From Caecitellus pseudoparvulus (Eukaryota; Protista; Bigyra: Bicosoecida), in NCBI GenBank assembly GCA_965644315.1, contig CBFFRQ010000057.1, forward strand, positions 62,001-126,000: a stretch of DNA of 64,000 bases. Reading direction: 5' to 3'. The position numbers and the translations under genes were made by a program. The notes under the pieces were generated by a model. It was not told the origin of the DNA and searched no databases. It saw only the letters and a list, made by a program, of their open reading frames with translations. Below are positions 54,201 to 64,000 of the stretch, in pieces (position 1 is the stretch's first letter; every line of letters begins with the position of its first letter).

Positions 54201-57200
54201 CTGTCGATGTCAGAGGCAGACAGCGCACGGGCACGGACCGCGGGGGTGCCCGCCTCCAGGGCACTGGCGTCAGCCTCACACCCCGCCGTGAACGTGATGC
54301 CGTCCACACCCGACGCGTACTGCACTGGCCCGGAGAAGGCCAGCTTCACTCGGAATGACGGCTCCGACACGTCGCTGCGGGCGGCGTCGGCGCTCGTCTG
54401 CACGATGGTCACTGTGGCCGATGGCGTGTACGTGGCGGCGGCGGAGACACCACCTGCCGTGGCGATGGACAGAGCAGCCGCTGACGCGGCCAGCGTGACT
54501 GTGCAGGAGTCTGCCGCGCCCGTCATGGCGCCGTCCAAGAACCACACACTGTCGATGTCAGAGGCAGACAGCGCACGGGCACGGACCGCGGGGGTGCCCG
54601 CCTCCAGGGCACTGGCGTCAGCCTCACACCCCGCCGTGAACGTGATGCCGTCCACACCCGACGCGTACTGCACTGGCCCGGAGAAGGCCAGCTTCACTCG
54701 GAATGACGGCTCCGACACGTCGCTGCGGGCGGCGTCGGCGCTCGTCTGCACGATGGTCACTGTGGCCGATGGCGTGTACGTGGCGGCGGCGGAGACACCA
54801 CCTGCCGTGGCGATGGACAGAGCAGCCGCTGACGCGGCCAGCGTGACTGTGCAGGAGTCTGCCGCGCCCGTCATGGCGCCGTCCAAGAACCACACACTGT
54901 CGATGTCAGAGGCAGACAGCGCACGGGCACGGACCGCGGGGGTGCCCGCCTCCAGGGCACTGGCGTCAGCCTCACACCCCGCCGTGAACGTGATGCCGTC
55001 CACACCCGACGCGTACTGCACTGGCCCGGAGAAGGCCAGCTTCACTCGGAATGACGGCTCCGACACGTCGCTGCGGGCGGCGTCGGCGCTCGTCTGCACG
55101 ATGGTCACTGTGGCCGATGGCGTGTACGTGGCGGCGGCGGAGACACCACCTGCCGTGGCGATGGACAGAGCAGCCGCTGACGCGGCCAGCGTGACTGTGC
55201 AGGAGTCTGCCGCGCCCGTCATGGCGCCGTCCAAGAACCACACACTGTCGATGTCAGAGGCAGACAGCGCACGGGCACGGACCGCGGGGGTGCCCGCCTC
55301 CAGGGCACTGGCGTCAGCCTCACACCCCGCCGTGAACGTGATGCCGTCCACACCCGACGCGTACTGCACTGGCCCGGAGAAGGCCAGCTTCACTCGGAAT
55401 GACGGCTCCGACACGTCGCTGCGGGCGGCGTCGGCGCTCGTCTGCACGATGGTCACTGTGGCCGATGGCGTGTACGTGGCGGCGGCGGAGACACCACCTG
55501 CCGTGGCGATGGACAGAGCAGCCGCTGACGCGGCCAGCGTGACTGTGCAGGAGTCTGCCGCGCCCGTCATGGCGCCGTCCAAGAACCACACACTGTCGAT
55601 GTCAGAGGCAGACAGCGCACGGGCACGGACCGCGGGGGTGCCCGCCTCCAGGGCACTGGCGTCAGCCTCACACCCCGCCGTGAACGTGATGCCGTCCACA
55701 CCCGACGCGTACTGCACTGGCCCGGAGAAGGCCAGCTTCACTCGGAATGACGGCTCCGACACGTCGCTGCGGGCGGCGTCGGCGCTCGTCTGCACGATGG
55801 TCACTGTGGCCGATGGCGTGTACGTGGCGGCGGCGGAGACACCACCTGCCGTGGCGATGGACAGAGCAGCCGCTGACGCGGCCAGCGTGACTGTGCAGGA
55901 GTCTGCCGCGCCCGTCATGGCGCCGTCCAAGAACCACACACTGTCGATGTCAGAGGCAGACAGCGCACGGGCACGGACCGCGGGGGTGCCCGCCTCCAGG
56001 GCACTGGCGTCAGCCTCACACCCCGCCGTGAACGTGATGCCGTCCACACCCGACGCGTACTGCACTGGCCCGGAGAAGGCCAGCTTCACTCGGAATGACG
56101 GCTCCGACACGTCGCTGCGGGCGGCGTCGGCGCTCGTCTGCACGATGGTCACTGTGGCCGATGGCGTGTACGTGGCGGCGGCGGAGACACCACCTGCCGT
56201 GGCGATGGACAGAGCAGCCGCTGACGCGGCCAGCGTGACTGTGCAGGAGTCTGCCGCGCCCGTCATGGCGCCGTCCAAGAACCACACACTGTCGATGTCA
56301 GAGGCAGACAGCGCACGGGCACGGACCGCGGGGGTGCCCGCCTCCAGGGCACTGGCGTCAGCCTCACACCCCGCCGTGAACGTGATGCCGTCCACACCCG
56401 ACGCGTACTGCACTGGCCCGGAGAAGGCCAGCTTCACTCGGAATGACGGCTCCGACACGTCGCTGCGGGCGGCGTCGGCGCTCGTCTGCACGATGGTCAC
56501 TGTGGCCGATGGCGTGTACGTGGCGGCGGCGGAGACACCACCTGCCGTGGCGATGGACAGAGCAGCCGCTGACGCGGCCAGCGTGACTGTGCAGGAGTCT
56601 GCCGCGCCCGTCATGGCGCCGTCCAAGAACCACACACTGTCGATGTCAGAGGCAGACAGCGCACGGGCACGGACCGCGGGGGTGCCCGCCTCCAGGGCAC
56701 TGGCGTCAGCCTCACACCCCGCCGTGAACGTGATGCCGTCCACACCCGACGCGTACTGCACTGGCCCGGAGAAGGCCAGCTTCACTCGGAATGACGGCTC
56801 CGACACGTCGCTGCGGGCGGCGTCGGCGCTCGTCTGCACGATGGTCACTGTGGCCGATGGCGTGTACGTGGCGGCGGCGGAGACACCACCTGCCGTGGCG
56901 ATGGACAGAGCAGCCGCTGACGCGGCCAGCGTGACTGTGCAGGAGTCTGCCGCGCCCGTCATGGCGCCGTCCAAGAACCACACACTGTCGATGTCAGAGG
57001 CAGACAGCGCACGGGCACGGACCGCGGGGGTGCCCGCCTCCAGGGCACTGGCGTCAGCCTCACACCCCGCCGTGAACGTGATGCCGTCCACACCCGACGC
57101 GTACTGCACTGGCCCGGAGAAGGCCAGCTTCACTCGGAATGACGGCTCCGACACGTCGCTGCGGGCGGCGTCGGCGCTCGTCTGCACGATGGTCACTGTG

Positions 57201-60200
57201 GCCGATGGCGTGTACGTGGCGGCGGCGGAGACACCACCTGCCGTGGCGATGGACAGAGCAGCCGCTGACGCGGCCAGCGTGACTGTGCAGGAGTCTGCCG
57301 CGCCCGTCATGGCGCCGTCCAAGAACCACACACTGTCGATGTCAGAGGCAGACAGCGCACGGGCACGGACCGCGGGGGTGCCCGCCTCCAGGGCACTGGC
57401 GTCAGCCTCACACCCCGCCGTGAACGTGATGCCGTCCACACCCGACGCGTACTGCACTGGCCCGGAGAAGGCCAGCTTCACTCGGAATGACGGCTCCGAC
57501 ACGTCGCTGCGGGCGGCGTCGGCGCTCGTCTGCACGATGGTCACTGTGGCCGATGGCGTGTACGTGGCGGCGGCGGAGACACCACCTGCCGTGGCGATGG
57601 ACAGAGCAGCCGCTGACGCGGCCAGCGTGACTGTGCAGGAGTCTGCCGCGCCCGTCATGGCGCCGTCCAAGAACCACACACTGTCGATGTCAGAGGCAGA
57701 CAGCGCACGGGCACGGACCGCGGGGGTGCCCGCCTCCAGGGCACTGGCGTCAGCCTCACACCCCGCCGTGAACGTGATGCCGTCCACACCCGACGCGTAC
57801 TGCACTGGCCCGGAGAAGGCCAGCTTCACTCGGAATGACGGCTCCGACACGTCGCTGCGGGCGGCGTCGGCGCTCGTCTGCACGATGGTCACTGTGGCCG
57901 ATGGCGTGTACGTGGCGGCGGCGGAGACACCACCTGCCGTGGCGATGGACAGAGCAGCCGCTGACGCGGCCAGCGTGACTGTGCAGGAGTCTGCCGCGCC
58001 CGTCATGGCGCCGTCCAAGAACCACACACTGTCGATGTCAGAGGCAGACAGCGCACGGGCACGGACCGCGGGGGTGCCCGCCTCCAGGGCACTGGCGTCA
58101 GCCTCACACCCCGCCGTGAACGTGATGCCGTCCACACCCGACGCGTACTGCACTGGCCCGGAGAAGGCCAGCTTCACTCGGAATGACGGCTCCGACACGT
58201 CGCTGCGGGCGGCGTCGGCGCTCGTCTGCACGATGGTCACTGTGGCCGATGGCGTGTACGTGGCGGCGGCGGAGACACCACCTGCCGTGGCGATGGACAG
58301 AGCAGCCGCTGACGCGGCCAGCGTGACTGTGCAGGAGTCTGCCGCGCCCGTCATGGCGCCGTCCAAGAACCACACACTGTCGATGTCAGAGGCAGACAGC
58401 GCACGGGCACGGACCGCGGGGGTGCCCGCCTCCAGGGCACTGGCGTCAGCCTCACACCCCGCCGTGAACGTGATGCCGTCCACACCCGACGCGTACTGCA
58501 CTGGCCCGGAGAAGGCCAGCTTCACTCGGAATGACGGCTCCGACACGTCGCTGCGGGCGGCGTCGGCGCTCGTCTGCACGATGGTCACTGTGGCCGATGG
58601 CGTGTACGTGGCGGCGGCGGAGACACCACCTGCCGTGGCGATGGACAGAGCAGCCGCTGACGCGGCCAGCGTGACTGTGCAGGAGTCTGCCGCGCCCGTC
58701 ATGGCGCCGTCCAAGAACCACACACTGTCGATGTCAGAGGCAGACAGCGCACGGGCACGGACCGCGGGGGTGCCCGCCTCCAGGGCACTGGCGTCAGCCT
58801 CACACCCCGCCGTGAACGTGATGCCGTCCACACCCGACGCGTACTGCACTGGCCCGGAGAAGGCCAGCTTCACTCGGAATGACGGCTCCGACACGTCGCT
58901 GCGGGCGGCGTCGGCGCTCGTCTGCACGATGGTCACTGTGGCCGATGGCGTGTACGTGGCGGCGGCGGAGACACCACCTGCCGTGGCGATGGACAGAGCA
59001 GCCGCTGACGCGGCCAGCGTGACTGTGCAGGAGTCTGCCGCGCCCGTCATGGCGCCGTCCAAGAACCACACACTGTCGATGTCAGAGGCAGACAGCGCAC
59101 GGGCACGGACCGCGGGGGTGCCCGCCTCCAGGGCACTGGCGTCAGCCTCACACCCCGCCGTGAACGTGATGCCGTCCACACCCGACGCGTACTGCACTGG
59201 CCCGGAGAAGGCCAGCTTCACTCGGAATGACGGCTCCGACACGTCGCTGCGGGCGGCGTCGGCGCTCGTCTGCACGATGGTCACTGTGGCCGATGGCGTG
59301 TACGTGGCGGCGGCGGAGACACCACCTGCCGTGGCGATGGACAGAGCAGCCGCTGACGCGGCCAGCGTGACTGTGCAGGAGTCTGCCGCGCCCGTCATGG
59401 CGCCGTCCAAGAACCACACACTGTCGATGTCAGAGGCAGACAGCGCACGGGCACGGACCGCGGGGGTGCCCGCCTCCAGGGCACTGGCGTCAGCCTCACA
59501 CCCCGCCGTGAACGTGATGCCGTCCACACCCGACGCGTACTGCACTGGCCCGGAGAAGGCCAGCTTCACTCGGAATGACGGCTCCGACACGTCGCTGCGG
59601 GCGGCGTCGGCGCTCGTCTGCACGATGGTCACTGTGGCCGATGGCGTGTACGTGGCGGCGGCGGAGACACCACCTGCCGTGGCGATGGACAGAGCAGCCG
59701 CTGACGCGGCCAGCGTGACTGTGCAGGAGTCTGCCGCGCCCGTCATGGCGCCGTCCAAGAACCACACACTGTCGATGTCAGAGGCAGACAGCGCACGGGC
59801 ACGCGCCACGCTGGTGCCCGCCTCCAGGGCACTGGCGTCAGCCTCACACCCCGCCGTGAACGTGATGCCGTCCACACCCGACGCGTACTGCACTGGCCCG
59901 GAGAAGGCCAGCTTCACTCGGAATGACGGCTCCGACACGTCGCTGCGGGCGGCGTCGGCGCTCGTCTGCACGATGGTCACTGTGGCAGATGGTGTGTACG
60001 TGAATGTAGCGGTTTCACTTGGCTCTACGTTTGGTGTTGTGGAGGAGGAGGCTCCAAGTTGGACACTGATGGAGCTTGTATCTCCGTCAGCAAGCAAGGT
60101 TACGATGTACTCGGTGTCAGATACCGTTGAAGTTGAGACGTAGGTGCACCCGCTCAAAGTGAGAAGGCCGTCTGAGAAGGACGTGAAGCCAACGTCAAAT

Positions 60201-61039
60201 GTAAACTTCGCTTTGAAGCGCCCAGGTGACGAGGCGCCTGCAAGAGTCGCTGTCGACGCATCTGGAATAGTTGTTGTTCCGTCGTCTTCAAGGAGCTCAA
60301 CTGAAGCTTTGGCTTTATATGTGTGAGTGGCAGAAGCAGTGGACGTGGATGATACTTCTGGTGTCGTGCTGTCCCAGGTGCCGGACGCGTCAAAAGAACA
60401 TGACTCTTCGTCGGTACTCATGGAGATTTCCCGAAGATAAAGAGTTGACAATGCAGTTGAGGGAGCGGTCGCCGTCGTGGCGGAGGTTGAGAGGTCCGTG
60501 GCGGCGGAGGTGCAGCCCGTCAGGCGACTTTTTAGATGCGCAGCGGTCGTTGTGACAGGGTGCTCAAAGTCCACTTTCAGCACTAAGGCAGAGTCAGTCT
60601 CAACCAATGCACTCCCAGAAGAGGAGATGAATGAAGCGGAGGTGACTGTCATGGCCGAGACGGTGATCGTGAAGGAATCTGTGACGTCCCCGCTGCCATC
60701 GTTGGCAGTGAGGGTGACAGTTACGACCCCCGCCGCAGGTGGAGTGGAACAACTAATGGAAACGCCACTGTCACCAGCAGTCCCATCAGGCCATGAAGCA
60801 GAATCGGAGTCGCCGGTCACAGAGAAGCAGTCTTGCAAAGCAGTCACAGGGCTTGAAACGGAAACGGAGAAGGAAGTCACCACGCCATCCGTCACAGAGT
60901 TTGGCAGAGTGCTCGAAATCGGCTCCCCTGTAGTTGCAGACGCGATGTCTGAAGGGGCTGTGACACTCAGAGATGCCGCACATGCTATGCAGGATGCAAG
61001 GAGCAGTGCGCTCGCTCCCAACTTCGCCTGCGCTGCCAT
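42229..61039 (-). CDS. Giant secreted adhesin-like protein (~6,240 aa): signal peptide, ~35 Ig-like repeats, cadherin-like units, ZU5, Sig1/Ocm1-type mastigoneme EGF module; frameshift near 53940 as assembled
   Basis: ORFs 61306-53834 and 53961-42229 share the same repeat and join if a 94-bp duplication is removed. Signal peptide MAAQAKLGASALLLASCIACAAS at 61039. NDPP/NDRP cadherin-type motifs. ZU5-like FGPDGTQFDKDV...RHFS. C-terminal CPSECSGHG..DCSLRKCP..ECAGRGVCDRATG..CPLGDDPLT..ECSRRGVCDRSTGMCKCF. No TM anchor. Confidence 0.85.
47785..60000. repeat. Coding tandem repeat, 348-bp unit, about 35 copies, internally identical
   Basis: The helper track shows identical 89-aa off-frame ORFs every 348 bp (17 copies, one junction copy, 16 copies). 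Visible differences occur only in the edge copies. Confidence 0.97.
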
Positions 61040-61898
61040 GATGTGCCTGTGCTGTGCAGGGAGGGTCAGACTAGTGCACGTTTGCTGGCAAGGCAGGCAA
61101 GCATCCAACAAGATGAAGCGTTGCTCCCATAATTCTTGGCAGCGAAGGCTGCAACTGAACCACAGAAGCCTTCTCTGCTTGCATCCACGAAGACGTCGTG
61201 TGCAAGGCGAGTGTGCGCAGGCAGCCGCGTGAAACGTCTTGCTCCAAACACACAACCCCGCAAGCCTCGGCGCACACCCTGGAACAGAGTGGGAGACAGG
61301 ATACATAAACTCACAATATCAAGCCTGATGGGGACGTGGATGCTAGGCAGCGGCCCTGTAGGCTTGTGGCAGGCGCCTTGCGGAAACTCGTGCGTTTCGC
61401 TGTGGCAGCTGCTGCAAAGCCTTCGTGCACGCCAGCTTTTCCGAGCTCGCGAGCTGGTTTGGGCCAGTAAGGCTTGTCGTGGGCATCTTCCCATGTCCAG
61501 GAGGATGTGGGGCAGATTTTTTTGTACCGTGTTAGATTGTGCAGGATGCAATGTCGCTGGTGCCAACCACCAGGTGGTGGTCCAAGTACTGGGTGCTCAA
61601 GTCGGAATCTTCACTCCTTGTTGGCACTGAAGGGGTGGTCGGGCGCAGTGCATGTATGTCGCAGTGACAGCAAGGCTTCAGGGTGCTCAACAGTCGGCCA
61701 GTCACGCTCCAGGCAGGCGTGCAACACGGTCACAATCCTCCACTCCCACCTCGATCACGCATTGCCACCTGCAAGCAGTGAACTACACTGGCCAGTGAGG
61801 CACCTTCTAGGAGCCAAGTCTGAGTTCAAGTAACTCACCCTTCGCCGAGCTCAGCGCCTGCTCTTCATCAACGCGAGAGCGCCCTACGCGATCGCGAC

Positions 61899-64000
61899 AT
61901 GGAAGGCGTTCCCCCCGAGCTGCTAAGGCAACTCCTGGAGGCCTCTGGCAGTATGGCATCTCCCTCTGGAGCTTCAGAAGATGGGGATGGCAGCGACACG
62001 GAGGGCGGACACCAGGAGTGGCTGTCAGCTGGTGCCTGGCAAGCCACGCTTGCGAAAGCACGAAAGGCTGTCGTTGTCGTGCGGATGGAAATCATGTGCG
62101 ACCCAGAGGGGGGCAGCGGAGGCACGAGCCAAGGCACAGGCTTTGTCGTTGATGCACGAGGCGGACTCATCGTCACCAACCGCCACATCGGTGAGTGAAC
62201 TGCACTTGGCGTGGTGAAGCTGTGCACCCACATTTCCGCACACGGAACCGGACTTCACACGCCCCTGCCGCGCCTCGCAGTGGGGGTTGGCCCAACCATG
62301 TATCGAGTCACATTCGTGAGCTCCAACGAGGAGGTCAAGGCTTACGCAGTGTACAGGTGGGTGGCCTTTTTCCGCCCTTCTACACGACAGGCGCAGCTGA
62401 TGCAAGTCTGATGGTGCTTGCTTTGCGCAGAGACCCGATGCACGATTTTGGCGTGCTGAAGTACGATCCGAGCCAGCTGCTGCACACAGCCCCCGTGGCG
62501 CTTGCGTTGAGGCCTGACCAGTGCACGATTGGGACGGAAATCCGCATCCTCGGCAACGATGCAGGGGAGCGTGAGCAGATCTTGGCTGGCACCATTGCCC
62601 GCGTTGACCGCAACCCTCCCGAGTACGGGGACGGGACGTGGAACGACTACAATGTCGCATACGTTGGCGCAGCTTCCAACACTTCGGGGGGCTCCAGCGG
62701 CTCCCCTGTGATCAACATCTCGGGCAACGCCGTCGCGCTCAATGCGGGTGGCGCCTCCAGGGCGGCCTCCGCCATGTACCTGCCCCTCTACCCTGTCAAG
62801 CGAGCCGTGGAGTTGATCCAAGCCGGGAAGTATGTGCCACGTGGAGACATTCATACGCAGTTCTTGCTGCAGTCCCTGTCCGAGTGCCGCAAGCTCGGCC
62901 TGCCCGCCGAGGTTGAGAAGGAAGTGAGAGAGGCAGAGGCTCAACGCGTGGCTGCCCTGGGCGTGGAAGGAGCTGAGCTGGACTCCGAGGACATGCGCTA
63001 CAACATGCCAGTCGTAGAGGCTGTCCTTCCAGCGGGAGCCGCTGCGCCAGACCGCTCCTTCCCAAGCCCCGTGCCTGGGTCTTCGCTGTCCCTGGGCAGT
63101 CTGCAAGCGGGGGATATTCTGTACAAGGTTGAGGGCAAGTTTGCAGGTGGGGATTTCCAGCGCCTTGAGCGTGCCCTGGATGCCGCCATTGAGCGAACCA
63201 TGGCCATGGACGCGGAAGCCTTGAACGTGGCGTCCAGGGCCGCCGGTGTGGTGCTGCACCCGCCCCCCACGGCCTGCCGAGCCCACGGCAATGGCCGCCT
63301 GCCCGGCGACGCCACTCCGGCTGATAGCACTGACAGTGCTGCATCTGAGCTGGCTGTTCTGGCCCCCTCCAGCAGTGCTCGTGCGGTGTGTGGCGTGGTG
63401 GAAGTGAGCGTGTTCCGGAACGGAGAGCTGGTGCACGTTCAGCTGCCTGTCGTGGATGCACATGCCCACGTCCCCCGCCTGTTCTTGCAGATCGGGGGTG
63501 CTATGTTGAGCGAAGTGCCGTACACACTCAGCCTTGGCGCCAACCGCCCGGCTGGCGGGGTGCAGGTGCTGGAGCCGGGCATGATGCTGGCATCGCTGGC
63601 CAGCGTTGGCCCTGTGAATGGCGCCATCATCCAAGCCATTGACGGTGTGCAGGTGCCCACCTTGCCACATGTGGCGGCGCTCCTGGCATCGTTTTCAGAG
63701 GGCTCCACGCGGCAGTTCACGGTGTATGAGCTGGCGGACCACATGTCCCCGCCTCAAGCGGCGGCCGCCGCCATTCACCGCAAGTTCGCCCAGTGCCGCC
63801 TGCTCAGTCGAAACATCATGGAGGACATTCTCAGCGCCACGGCGGGCTCGCACAGCGCTGAGGCAGGTGCCCTGACCTCCCCAGCAGCGCGCCGGCGCGC
63901 TGCTGTGCTGTCCACGTCTCGAATGGAGACGGCAGCGGAGGCTTGCCACCGGGAGTGGCGCGTGACGCCGCTGCCCTCAGTGCAGGAGGGCGCCAGCGCA
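61899..64000 (+). CDS. NMA111: Nma111/HtrA-like serine protease with PDZ domains (continues past the window end)
   Basis: GTGFVVD..GLIVTNRH (His), YRDPMHDFG (Asp), GNDAGE, RVDRNPPEYG, TSGGSSGSPV (Ser), VPRGDI. Introns 62191-62280 and 62357-62430. Confidence 0.88.

Noticed and set aside
47785-60000. Array as CRISPR, satellite or mobile element
   Set aside because: No spacers, unit length is a multiple of 3, and it is in frame with unique coding sequence on both sides.
47495-60143. Two very long + strand ORFs (2171 and 2076 aa) and the repeated 89-aa - strand ORFs over the array
   Set aside because: They are antisense or off-frame shadows. One stop-free 348-bp unit propagates an open frame, and only the - strand main frame connects to a signal peptide and recognisable domains.
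61066-61833. ORFs between the giant gene and NMA111
   Set aside because: No recognisable motif or consistent splice model; treated as a divergent promoter region, though a small gene cannot be excluded.
1-64000. Introner-like repeated introns, endogenous virophage or transposon, RNA genes
   Set aside because: The introns compared by eye share no sequence, and I saw no AT-rich island, integrase/transposase/RT motif, or tRNA/rRNA pattern.

Overview
Gene-dense, GC-rich eukaryotic DNA using the standard code, with short GT-AG introns (mostly 65-93 nt). A Sig1/Ocm1-type tubular-mastigoneme module points to a flagellated stramenopile (inference). About 17 genes can be modelled: a partial RGS-domain protein, RNase H2 subunit C, a small coiled-coil protein, ACBP-ECI2, a divergent Skp1, an RCC1-BTB-BTB protein with a C-terminal membrane hairpin, an MFSD12-like transporter, a secreted GT2-TPR glycosyltransferase, a WD40 protein, a mucin/EGF membrane protein, a non-motor protein with three dynein microtubule-binding-domain-like units, an ODAD1/CCDC114-like IQ protein, a MAPEG protein, a 13-finger C2H2 array, NDUFAF7, an FGGY kinase and an Nma111-like protease. 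The standout is an apparently intronless 18.8-kb gene (61039->42229, ~6,240 aa). It reads: signal peptide, ~35 near-identical 116-aa Ig-like repeats (348 bp), bacterial-adhesin-type cadherin-like units, a ZU5 domain ending in an HFS autoproteolysis-type motif, then a complete mastigoneme EGF module. This suggests a giant adhesin attached to flagellar hairs. A 94-bp duplication at the centre of the array shifts the frame and may be an assembly join. Also notable are the motor-less triple dynein-MTBD protein and a PRDM9-like minisatellite zinc-finger array that varies mainly at DNA-contact positions. All family assignments come from motif recognition by eye; no searches were run.
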